Shown piece by piece: positions 1-8,307 of a stretch of 64,000 nucleotides of DNA. A model generated the notes under the pieces. The model had not been told where the DNA came from, did not search any database, and worked only from the letters and a program-made list of their open reading frames with translations. Origin of the DNA: Maricaulaceae bacterium (lineage in GTDB: Bacteria > Pseudomonadota > Alphaproteobacteria > Caulobacterales > Maricaulaceae); NCBI GenBank assembly GCA_026126205.1, contig JAHCJP010000008.1, positions 56,391 to 120,390 of the forward strand. Direction: 5' to 3'. A program made the position numbers and the translations under genes. Numbering within the stretch: position 1 is the stretch's first letter; the number at the start of each line of letters is the position of its first letter.

Positions 1-1719
1 TATGAAGAACGCAAGCGTGTCGTCGATTTGCAGGAGGTCTCTTGGCATGAGCAGCAAGCAACCGAATGCTATCATGGCGGACGCAACGAGCAGTTCTGGT
101 TTGGTCCCGCTTTCGAAGACGATTGGATCGATTACGATCTATCAAGCGCCTATCCGACCGCAATGGGACTGATCCGCAAACCTGATTGGAAACGGGCGTT
201 CGTCACCACTCGCATTTCGAAGTTCCAACCCGATGTTCTCGGCGTCGCCAATGTTGAGTTCGAATTTCCCGAGCATGTCCGTTTTCCGACCTTGCCTGTG
301 CGAACCGACAATGGCCTGATCTTTCCCCGCAAGGGCGTCAGCGATTGCGCCTCTCCTGAAATCGTTTTGGCTCAAGCGCTGGGCGCCAAGCTCAAGATCA
401 GACACGGCGTTGTTGTTCCATACAGTTCGGATGAAGCCGTATTCGGTGATTTCATTGCCGACTGCATCCGTCAGCGTTCATCATTTCCGAAGGGTTCGCT
501 CGGAAACCTGTTCTGGAAAGAGCTGAGCAATGCCAGCTACGGCAAAACTGCTCAGGGATTGAGAGAAAAGCGCGTCTTCGACCTGAGGGATCGCACCACC
601 AAGCCCCTTCCTCCAAGCAAGATTACTAATCCCTACTTCGCCGCTTTCATCACCTCCTTCGTGAGAGCCGTCCTTGGCGAGATCATGAATGGGCTTCCGC
701 ATAGTTGCTGCGTATTTAGCTGTACGACCGACGGCTTCTTAACCAATGCCACTCAGCGAGAAATGGACCATGCGACGCAGGGGCGACTTGTCGCTCTCTA
801 TAGCCAAGGCCGTCAGAAGCTGACAGGCGATCCGACTGTCTTGGAGATCAAGCACAGGGTTCGCCAGCCTCTAGGTTGGAGAACCAGAGGTCAGGCGACC
901 CTTAAGCCAGGCACCGTTCCTGACGCAGGTAACGCCAATTTCGTTCTGGCAAAGGGCGGCATTCACCTGCCTGAGTACATCGAGGATACGGCTCTCGAAA
1001 ACAGCAAGATCGTTAACCTGTTTCTCAACCGATCGCCCGATGACAAGATTACATTTCGCCACAAAACAGGCGTGCGGGATATCGTCACTTTTGATGCCGA
1101 TCTTGTCGACAAAAGCCTGACGAGGCGATTGAGCATGGAGTTTGATTGGAAGCGCAAGCCGAATGCCGCTGTACAATGCGCCTCCCCTAACCATGTCGCT
1201 TTTTCCACGAAACCATGGGACACCGTCGATGAGTTCATCCTGATGCGCCAATATTGGGAGGACTTTGCGATCAAGTCCCCATTCTGCCTCAAGTCGATTG
1301 CCGACTATCGGCAGTTCGCCATCTACGTGATGACCCATTCCACTCTCGGCAAGGCGGATAGCAAATATCTACGCCGTGACGGGGGTGACTTGAAACGACT
1401 TCGTCAATCGCTCGGCGCTGCATGGCGGCATTCGAAAGCGGGCTTGACATGGCAACAGCACCAAATCTCGAATGGCAAGTTCGCTGAAATCCTTACGGAG
1501 GCAGGCATCCCCTGCAATCGGGCAGATATTGAAAATGCTTCACGCAAGCCGTTTGCACCGAAGAAGTCCCCACCGACGCCTGACGTATATGAAGCCTTGA
1601 CAAAACTGGCTCTTCAGTTTCCCACCCTTGAGGTCGATGCCTTCATTGCTAATAATAACGGTGCGATTGACCTTGTTTCCACAATCAACTCGCCCTGCCC
1701 CTTCACCTCAAGGCTATGA
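1..1719 (+). CDS. Family-B DNA polymerase, C-terminal part (5' end cut by the window edge); primer-independent PolB (piPolB)-like
   Basis: Frame 1 is open from position 1, with no stop before the TTG at 28. PolB palm motifs occur in the correct order: DYDLSSAYPTAM (motif A, Dx2SLYPS type), KELSNASYGKTAQG (motif B, Kx3NSxYG type), FSCTTDGF (motif C, DTDS type). WRTRGQ then sits where classical PolBs carry KxY, resembling the KTRG signature described for pipolin piPolBs. Confidence 0.7.
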   Translation, partial: YEERKRVVDLQEVSWHEQQATECYHGGRNEQFWFGPAFEDDWIDYDLSSAYPTAMGLIRKPDWKRAFVTTRISKFQPDVLGVANVEFEFPEHVRFPTLPVRTDNGLIFPRKGVSDCASPEIVLAQALGAKLKIRHGVVVPYSSDEAVFGDFIADCIRQRSSFPKGSLGNLFWKELSNASYGKTAQGLREKRVFDLRDRTTKPLPPSKITNPYFAAFITSFVRAVLGEIMNGLPHSCCVFSCTTDGFLTNATQREMDHATQGRLVALYSQGRQKLTGDPTVLEIKHRVRQPLGWRTRGQATLKPGTVPDAGNANFVLAKGGIHLPEYIEDTALENSKIVNLFLNRSPDDKITFRHKTGVRDIVTFDADLVDKSLTRRLSMEFDWKRKPNAAVQCASPNHVAFSTKPWDTVDEFILMRQYWEDFAIKSPFCLKSIADYRQFAIYVMTHSTLGKADSKYLRRDGGDLKRLRQSLGAAWRHSKAGLTWQQHQISNGKFAEILTEAGIPCNRADIENASRKPFAPKKSPPTPDVYEALTKLALQFPTLEVDAFIANNNGAIDLVSTINSPCPFTSRL

Positions 1720-1958
1720 AGCCCTGAACATCTCCCTTTGATAAATCGGACTTATAGACCCTCAATTTACCGAAAATGGAGTTACGGCCAATAGTTTATC
1801 TGGCAATATGACGCTGTGGTCATCCTTGCGAAATTGGCTGCCTGTAGAGCGGTGGCGCCAGTTATTCACCCTCACCCATTTTAAAATAGCATTTTTATTT
1901 ATTGCATTGTTGCGTTTTTCTTACAAATTTGCTCATAATATGCGATTAGATTTATTAA

Positions 1959-1989
1959 TTACCGCTATGAATATCCTTACCGCTGTGAA
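1959..1989. repeat. Two tandem 13-bp direct repeats (TTACCGCTATGAA / TTACCGCTGTGAA), 18-bp register, iteron-like
   Basis: Read directly: 1959-1971 and 1977-1989 match at 12 of 13 positions. They lie in the AT-rich tract between the PolB gene and the Rep-like gene. Confidence 0.5.
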
Positions 1990-2096
1990 AGTTAATATAA
2001 AATAGCTGTAAAAACAACAAATACATGCGGCTCAAGTTTTCTGATTTCATAAATATATGGTCTTCATCATATCTTTATGGGGTTCTATTGCTCACA

Positions 2097-2594
2097 ATGC
2101 ACCGCTCTCTTGCTCGTTCAATCCAGCGATCCGTTCGCCAGTGGTTCAATATCGATGACTGGCATCATCCCTTTGCGGCGACTCTGACGCTGAAACAGCG
2201 GATCGGGGGAGATGGCGGCGTGTCATCCGCTGACGAGGGCCTGACACCAGAGAGCGCCTCTCGAAACCTGCGTCATTGGCTCAATGTGATGAACAAGCAG
2301 GTCTACGGCTCCGCCGCTCAGAGGCATGGGAAGAGCCTGTCTGTTATTCCCGTGTTGGAGGGCGACCGAGACAAGCGCCTGCATTACCACCTTGCCATTG
2401 ATTGCCCAAGGGACGACCTGATCGAGGCCTTCCCCGCAATGATCGTCACTTCATGGCGGAAGACGCTGTGGGGATACGGTCAAACCGACGTGAAGCCCTG
2501 TGACAGGGGTTGGCTCACGTATATCACGAAGCTGAGGGACAAACCCGACTTCGGATCATCCATAGACTGGTTGAACTGCCACACCCCCCACTGA
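2097..2594 (+). CDS. Small HUH-superfamily Rep-like protein (rolling-circle initiator/relaxase-like), tentative
   Basis: Motifs appear in canonical HUH order: FAATLTLK (motif 1, FxTLT-like), LHYHLAID (HUH) and LTYITKLRDK (YxxK catalytic Tyr). The track ORF begins at 2025 and the ATG at 2097 is an alternative. Neither has a clear SD, so the start is uncertain. Confidence 0.45.
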   Translation: MHRSLARSIQRSVRQWFNIDDWHHPFAATLTLKQRIGGDGGVSSADEGLTPESASRNLRHWLNVMNKQVYGSAAQRHGKSLSVIPVLEGDRDKRLHYHLAIDCPRDDLIEAFPAMIVTSWRKTLWGYGQTDVKPCDRGWLTYITKLRDKPDFGSSIDWLNCHTPH

Positions 2595-2605
2595 TCGGGG
2601 GGTGT
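2581..2605 (+). other. Perfect 9-bp stem-loop (ACACCCCCC-actgatc-GGGGGGTGT) spanning the stop codon of the Rep-like gene
   Basis: The two arms are exact reverse complements and the 7-nt loop contains the TGA stop (2592-2594). No T-tract follows. It may be a terminator-like hairpin or a candidate Rep nick-site hairpin. Confidence 0.45.
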
Positions 2606-2780
2606 CGTTGATCGTTGGGTATAGACCCCTTTCACGTCACCAATCGTTTGCTGCCCCACCAGGAACCGCTCTCCAAGGCGGGTCTTGATGGATATTTATA
2701 CCCAATAGAACCAGTTAGTTAGACACTATGATAAATCAAAATGCCCCATAACACCTAAAGCGTACAGGAGAATAGCAATT

Positions 2781-3107
2781 ATGAACAATAGAACACTGAC
2801 GAATTTCAATGTTCCATCACGAACGCGCAAAAGGTTCGATGAGGTCTGCCATGCCAGTGGCAGAACGAGAACATCGGTCCTTGTTGAACTGATGGAGAAT
2901 TTCATACTGCAACAGGGACAGGTTCTCGCTGAGCGGGCAAAGCGGTTTAAGGAGGTTGACCATTCGATCCGAGAAAATCGTCGTATAATCGGCTTCAAGG
3001 ATTTTCTCACCGAACAGCCCGTCGATGAACGAACGGCCGTTCAGGGGCGTTCAAATTCGAATCTAGCCCTGCCTGATCCGATGTTTTCCGATGGGCGGAA
3101 GGAATGA
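2781..3107 (+). CDS. Ribbon-helix-helix (CopG/Arc/MetJ-type) DNA-binding protein
   Basis: The N-terminus NFNVPSRTRKRFDEVCHASGRTRTSVLVELMENFI fits the beta-strand, helix, helix pattern of RHH repressors. AGGAG lies 8-9 nt upstream of the ATG. Confidence 0.7.
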   Translation: MNNRTLTNFNVPSRTRKRFDEVCHASGRTRTSVLVELMENFILQQGQVLAERAKRFKEVDHSIRENRRIIGFKDFLTEQPVDERTAVQGRSNSNLALPDPMFSDGRKE

Positions 3108-3420
3108 TGGTGATCTCGAAATCCAGAAGCCGCGGGCGAAACAGGATTCGATCAGGATTGTACAATATGCTCCCGCTCAATCAGTTGGAATTTACGAGGG
3201 AACGGCATTGAACCTGTTACCGAACGCGAATGCTCTTTCTAGGCAAGGAAATGGCTTGATCATGATCCAATGATTTTCCCGCCCTACGAAACATTTTGCG
3301 CCCCCCATGTTCGCTCTTAAGAATTAGCTCTGCACGGAAAAACGCACGAGGGCGCTTGCCCTGCATAAATGCGAGTGCCCTTATTGCGTTCCGCCCGCCA
3401 GAAGAGGTCAGCAACCCCTC

Positions 3421-4050
3421 ATGAATCTGATCAGGTCGAAAAAGCGCGTTGCGGACCATGGGGAGGTGTTCACGCCGCCTTGGCTGGTCGAGAAAATGCT
3501 CGACCTCGTTCAGGGTGAGACAGAACGCATTGATGCGCGTTTTCTCGAACCAGCATGCGGTAGCGGAAACTTTCTCGTCCCTATCTTTCAGCGCAAACTT
3601 GCAGCGGTTGAGCTGAAGTGCGGGAAATCCGAGTTCGACAAGCGGCACTATGCGCTGCTTGGGCTGATGTGCTGCTATGGCATCGAGCTTCTGGCAGACA
3701 ACATCGACGAATGCCGCGCGAACATGCTCGAGGTGTTTGCTGCCTACCTGGATATTGATGAAACCGACGACCTCTACCGCGCCGCATCCTTCGTGCTATC
3801 ACTCAATCTCGTTCATGGTGACGCGATGACGATGAAGGATATGACGGGACAACCGATCAACGTGGTTGAATGGGGTTATCTCGGCAAAGGCAAGTTTCAG
3901 CGCCGCGATTTCCGTCTTGATGTGCTGACAGGCATGTCCAGTTTCGCAGCGGAAGACTCCCTCTTCGCGCATCTGGGCAAGCACGAGATATTCACGCCAA
4001 CATCGACCTATCCGCCTATGACCGTGCGTGATCTGGCTGGCATGGCATGA
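3421..4050 (+). CDS. Methyltransferase-like protein with the SAM-binding half only (motifs X, I and II/III present, no catalytic NPPY)
   Basis: GEVFTPPWLV (motif X) and FLEPACGSGNFL (motif I, xPxCGxGxF) are present. YGIELLADNI and LVHGDAM resemble motifs II and III. The ORF ends 209 aa in, with no (N/D/S)PP(Y/F/W) anywhere. Confidence 0.65.
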   Translation: MNLIRSKKRVADHGEVFTPPWLVEKMLDLVQGETERIDARFLEPACGSGNFLVPIFQRKLAAVELKCGKSEFDKRHYALLGLMCCYGIELLADNIDECRANMLEVFAAYLDIDETDDLYRAASFVLSLNLVHGDAMTMKDMTGQPINVVEWGYLGKGKFQRRDFRLDVLTGMSSFAAEDSLFAHLGKHEIFTPTSTYPPMTVRDLAGMA

Positions 4051-4060
4051 CAGAGGCACG

Positions 4061-5641
4061 ATGAGCTTTCAGGCGAACTTCACCCTTCGTGGCAGAAATC
4101 CCGATGTGTTGACCTGCATCGCCAACCTGTCGAATGATGAAGTTTTCACGCCACCTGAGTTCGCCAACCGCATGCTCGACACGCTCGCTGAAGCGTGGGC
4201 AGAGCGTCATGATGGTGCAGATATCTGGTCAGACAGCTCGGTTCGGTTTCTCGATCCGTTCACCAAGTCTGGTGTTTTTCTACGCGAAATCGCCACTCGC
4301 CTGATCAATGGGTTGGAAGCTGATATCCCTGACCTGCAAGAGCGTGTCGATCACATTCTGACCAAGCAGATTTATGGGATTGCGATCACGCGCCTGACCA
4401 GCTTGCTTGCCCGCCGCAGCCTCTACTGCTCGAAGTTTGCCAATGGACCGCATTCCGTTTCGACGAAGTTCGAGAATGAGAGCGGCAATATTTGGTTTGA
4501 GCGGACTGAGCACACATGGATCGGACAAAAATGCAATTTCTGTGGAGCGCCTCGCTCGCTTTTTGACCGCGATGTAGAGCTGGAAAACCACGCTTACGCC
4601 TTCATTCACACCAATGATATCAAGCACCGTCTTTCGGGGCTGTTCGGAGATGACATGCAGTTTGATGTGATTATCGGAAATCCGCCCTACCAGATGACAG
4701 GCGGAGCAGGCGGTTCGAGCGATTCTTCGATCTATCATCTGTTTGCCCAGCAGGCCTTTAAGCTCGAACCACGCTTTGTAAGCATGGTGATACCCTCTCG
4801 TTGGATGGCTGGCGGTCGCGGTCTTGATGAGTTTCGTGGGGAAATGTTGAACAGTGGTCACATACGGAATCTGGTCGATTTCCCAGACTCAAGCACAGCG
4901 TTTCCTGGAGTGCAGATCAAGGGGGGGGTCTGCTTTTTTCTGTGGGACAGTCAGCATTCAGGCACGTGTGAGGTTACACGCGTTGCGAATGGTAAGGAAC
5001 ATGTACAGCGCGCTCGGGTTTTGGGTGAGTTTGATGTTTTCATTCGGGATGAGCGCGGCTTAAGCATTCTTCGAAAAGTTCTTTCAAAGAAAGAGGCATC
5101 GATTGTTGACCTTATTTCGGGTGATACGCCCTTCGGCATTGCCACAAACTTCAAAGATTGGAACGAAAAGGATGGCGACGACAAGATTCCACTTCATCTA
5201 ATTGCCCAAAACAAGCGATCTATCGGTTTCATGAAAAGGAGTTTGATCACAAAAAATGTTGGATATCTCGACACATGGAAAGTTTTTGTTCCGAAAGCAT
5301 ATGGCGCTGGTGAATCTTTCCCCCATCAGATACTTGGACGAGAGATAGTCGCCGCGCCTCCGTCGGCATGCACTCAGACTTATCTTGTCGTCTCACCGTT
5401 CTCTTCTGAGAAAGCTGCTCGCAGTTTTGCAAGCTATTATCAAACTCGCCTTTTTCGATTCCTTGTTTCTCTCCGTAAGATCACCCAAGATGCATTGCGC
5501 TCAACTTACACTTGGGTCCCAAAACAAGCGTGGGATCAAACTTGGAGCGATAGAATTTTGTATGAAAAATACGGGATCACTCCAGAAGAGGTTTCTTACA
5601 TTGAAAGCATGATACGTCCGATGGATAGCGCAGATGGCTAA
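4061..5641 (+). CDS. N6-adenine DNA methyltransferase, gamma class (Eco57I-family-like modification subunit)
   Basis: DEVFTPPEFANRML (motif X), FLDPFTKSGVFL (motif I variant) and FDVIIGNPPYQM (motif IV) are present, followed by a long C-terminal putative target-recognition region. The start is taken at ATG 4061, 10 nt after the upstream stop. The track start at 4028 would overlap the upstream gene by 23 nt. Confidence 0.85.
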   Translation: MSFQANFTLRGRNPDVLTCIANLSNDEVFTPPEFANRMLDTLAEAWAERHDGADIWSDSSVRFLDPFTKSGVFLREIATRLINGLEADIPDLQERVDHILTKQIYGIAITRLTSLLARRSLYCSKFANGPHSVSTKFENESGNIWFERTEHTWIGQKCNFCGAPRSLFDRDVELENHAYAFIHTNDIKHRLSGLFGDDMQFDVIIGNPPYQMTGGAGGSSDSSIYHLFAQQAFKLEPRFVSMVIPSRWMAGGRGLDEFRGEMLNSGHIRNLVDFPDSSTAFPGVQIKGGVCFFLWDSQHSGTCEVTRVANGKEHVQRARVLGEFDVFIRDERGLSILRKVLSKKEASIVDLISGDTPFGIATNFKDWNEKDGDDKIPLHLIAQNKRSIGFMKRSLITKNVGYLDTWKVFVPKAYGAGESFPHQILGREIVAAPPSACTQTYLVVSPFSSEKAARSFASYYQTRLFRFLVSLRKITQDALRSTYTWVPKQAWDQTWSDRILYEKYGITPEEVSYIESMIRPMDSADG

Positions 5642-8165
5642 ACCCATCTCCGAAATCCTTGCGCCCAAGCCCGATGTGCACCCGCGCATCTATGCCTATG
5701 CGATCAAAAGCAGTTCGCATGATGGCTTGCTGAAAATCGGGCAGACCACACGCGATGTGAAGCAGCGCATTCTGGAGCAGGTGAAGACTGCGGCTATCGA
5801 GTTCAAGATCGAGCTGGATGAGCCTGCTGCGCGTGATGATGGCTCGATCATCTCAGATCACGCTGTCAGGGCCGCGCTCATAAAAAAGGGTTTCGAAAAT
5901 CCTCAGCTCGAATGGATGCGCTGCTCTGTTGCTGACGTTCAAACCGTCCTGAACGAGCTTCGGACGGGCCAGAAGCTTTCTGCCAACCGCAACGAGACGT
6001 TTCCGCCGCGACAAGAGCAAACCGAAGCCGTCGATAAAACATACGACTATTTCACGTCGATCTGGCGTGAAGATGAAACGAAGGCGCCGCGCTTTCTCTG
6101 GAATGCGAAAATGCGTTTCGGAAAAACATTCGCCACATATCAGCTTGCCAAAAAACTTGGCGCCAAGCGCGTCCTTGTCGTCACGTTCAAGCCTGCCGTT
6201 GAAGACGCTTGGCAGACAGACCTTGAATCGCATGTGGATTTCGAAGGCTGGCAATATCTGTCGCGCAAGTCTGAGAATGACCCCACCCAGATCGATGCCA
6301 ACAAGCCCGTTGTTTTCTTTGGATCGTTTCAAGACCTGCTCGGTCGTGACAAGGTGACGGGAGCGATCAAACCGCGCAACGAATGGCTGCACACGATCAA
6401 CTGGGATCTAGTCGTTTTCGACGAGTATCACTTTGGCGCATGGCGCGACACGGTGAAGGAACTGTTCGAGGGCGAAGACGATGCAAAGCGCGAAGAGAGG
6501 TTCGAATATGACGCTGGGCTGGACGAGGTAAACGACGACCTCAGCGACATTTCCGCGAACGAAGCGATCTTCCTGCCCATCACGACCCGCGCATATCTCT
6601 ATCTGTCTGGGACACCGTTCAGGGCACTGGCGACAGGCGAGTTCATCGAAGAGCAAATCTTTAACTGGACCTACACCGACGAGCAGCGCGCAAAAGCCGA
6701 TTTCGCCACCAAGCATCCCGACAAGCGCAATCCCTATGCCTCTTTGCCGCAGATGCGATTGCTCACCTATCAGATGCCTGACGAACTATTGGCAATCGCC
6801 AGTGCTGGTGAGTTCGACGAGTTCGATCTGAACGAGTTTTTCGCCGCCAAAGGGGCAGGCAAGAATGCTGCCTTCACGCACAAAAGCGACGTTCTGAAAT
6901 GGCTTGAAATCATTCGTGGCGCATATGTGCCGCAGACTGTGGATGCGCTGAAGACTGGGACGCGGCCGCCATTCCCGTATTCAGACGCAAGATTGCTGCC
7001 CTATCTCCAGCATTCGCTCTGGTTCCTGCCGAATGTCGCGGCCTGTCACGCAATGGCAAACTTGCTCGCTGAAAGGCACAACACGTTCTGGCATGGCTAC
7101 ACGGTCATTCTCGCTGCTGGATCGCAAGCAGGTATCGGCCTCGATGCGGTTCCACCTGTTCGTCACGCTATAGGTAGCGGCTTCGATACCAAAACAATCA
7201 CGCTGTCATGTGGGAAGCTGACAACTGGCGTGACGATCCCGCAGTGGTCATCGATCTTGATGCTGCGCAATCTGAAATCGCCTGAGACCTATTTCCAAGC
7301 TGCTTTCCGTGTGCAGTCTCCGTGGTCGATCAAGAATCCGCACGGTGACAATCCCAACGAAGATGAGATTATCAAGCCTGTGTGCTTCGTGTTCGACTTC
7401 GCCCCGACACGAGCATTGAGACAGCTTTCCGACTACGGCATTGGCTTGTCCCCTGGCGAAGCTAATCCCGAAAACGCTGTGAAAGAGCTTGTCTCGTTTC
7501 TGCCCGTGCTCGCTTACGATGGCGCGAACATGACGCAGATCGATGCTGGCGGCATCCTCGATATTGCGATGGCAGGCACGTCAGGCACGTTGCTGGCGCG
7601 CAAATGGGAATCCGCATTGCTCGTCAACGTCGATAACGACACCTTGCGCCGCGTGCTCGATAATCCAGAAGCGATGGCGGCTGTCGAACGGATCGAAGGC
7701 TGGCGCTCTCTTGGTGACAACATCATCGAGACGATCATCAACAAGAACGAAAAGGTCAAGGAACTAAAGAGTAAAGAGAAGAGCGAGGGGCTGTTAAAAA
7801 CCGAGAAGAAAGAGCTTAGCGAAGAGGAAAAGGAATATAAGTCAAAGCGCAAGCTTGTTCAGGAAAAACTGATCAAGTTCGCTACCCGCATTCCTGCTTT
7901 CATGTATCTCACCGATTTCCGAGAAAACACGCTTCAAGATGTGATCACTAAGCTTGAGCCTGACCTGTTTCAAGCTGTCACTGGCTTGACCGTCAGCGAT
8001 TTTCACCTGCTCGTCCGCTTGAAGGTATTCAACACAGAGCGGATGAACCAAGCTGTCTTCGCTTTCCGCCGCTATGAAGATGCGTCACTGCGCTACACGG
8101 GCATTGAGAGCCATGAAGGACTCACGCATTACGGTCTCTATGACACTGTGACAGCGAAGGAATGA
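5634..8165 (+). CDS. T5orf172 (GIY-YIG-like) domain fused to an SF2 helicase/translocase; putative restriction (Res-like) subunit
   Basis: N-terminus: RIYAYAIKSSSHDGLLKIGQTTRDVKQR...LEWMRC, the T5orf172/MUG113 pattern. Helicase motifs: MRFGKTFAT (I), LVVFDEYHF (II, DExH), YLSGTPF (III) and YFQAAFRVQSP (VI). A Lys/Glu-rich coiled-coil and a C-terminal domain follow. The start overlaps the methylase stop by 8 nt (ATGGCTAA). Confidence 0.85.
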   Translation: MAKPISEILAPKPDVHPRIYAYAIKSSSHDGLLKIGQTTRDVKQRILEQVKTAAIEFKIELDEPAARDDGSIISDHAVRAALIKKGFENPQLEWMRCSVADVQTVLNELRTGQKLSANRNETFPPRQEQTEAVDKTYDYFTSIWREDETKAPRFLWNAKMRFGKTFATYQLAKKLGAKRVLVVTFKPAVEDAWQTDLESHVDFEGWQYLSRKSENDPTQIDANKPVVFFGSFQDLLGRDKVTGAIKPRNEWLHTINWDLVVFDEYHFGAWRDTVKELFEGEDDAKREERFEYDAGLDEVNDDLSDISANEAIFLPITTRAYLYLSGTPFRALATGEFIEEQIFNWTYTDEQRAKADFATKHPDKRNPYASLPQMRLLTYQMPDELLAIASAGEFDEFDLNEFFAAKGAGKNAAFTHKSDVLKWLEIIRGAYVPQTVDALKTGTRPPFPYSDARLLPYLQHSLWFLPNVAACHAMANLLAERHNTFWHGYTVILAAGSQAGIGLDAVPPVRHAIGSGFDTKTITLSCGKLTTGVTIPQWSSILMLRNLKSPETYFQAAFRVQSPWSIKNPHGDNPNEDEIIKPVCFVFDFAPTRALRQLSDYGIGLSPGEANPENAVKELVSFLPVLAYDGANMTQIDAGGILDIAMAGTSGTLLARKWESALLVNVDNDTLRRVLDNPEAMAAVERIEGWRSLGDNIIETIINKNEKVKELKSKEKSEGLLKTEKKELSEEEKEYKSKRKLVQEKLIKFATRIPAFMYLTDFRENTLQDVITKLEPDLFQAVTGLTVSDFHLLVRLKVFNTERMNQAVFAFRRYEDASLRYTGIESHEGLTHYGLYDTVTAKE

Positions 8166-8261
8166 GCGTCAGGCAGCGAGTTAAGTATTCCTACTTTAGG
8201 ATCTGCCTCTCTTCCCGATATCGCAACCTTTTCGTTGCCCATTCGCTCATTCCAAGGGATG

Positions 8262-8297
8262 CCCGTCAAACATAAACGTTGGTTTACTTTTGACGGG
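8262..8297. promoter_or_regulatory. Inverted repeat CCCGTCAAA-N18-TTTGACGGG immediately upstream of the serine recombinase gene (candidate recombinase-binding or operator site)
   Basis: The 9-bp arms at 8262-8270 and 8289-8297 are perfect reverse complements. The repeat ends 10 nt before the ATG at 8308. Confidence 0.35.
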
Positions 8298-8307
8298 ATA
8301 CGGGGCG

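Noticed and set aside
1808-2005. 65-aa ORF in the AT-rich spacer after the PolB gene
   Set aside because: It lies in the most AT-rich tract of the island, has no SD and has a low-complexity hydrophobic product. The tract is more plausibly regulatory or origin-like and contains the 13-bp direct repeats.
3104-3205. 33-aa ORF overlapping the RHH gene stop (ATGA) as a possible toxin partner of an RHH antitoxin
   Set aside because: It is too short and featureless (MMVISKSRSRGRNRIRSG...). It resembles no toxin family I recognise, and there is no independent support. The 60-aa track ORF at 3091-3273 is equally unconvincing.
3217-3648. 143-aa minus-strand ORF
   Set aside because: It overlaps the 5' end of the methyltransferase-like gene on the opposite strand and has no motifs or SD.
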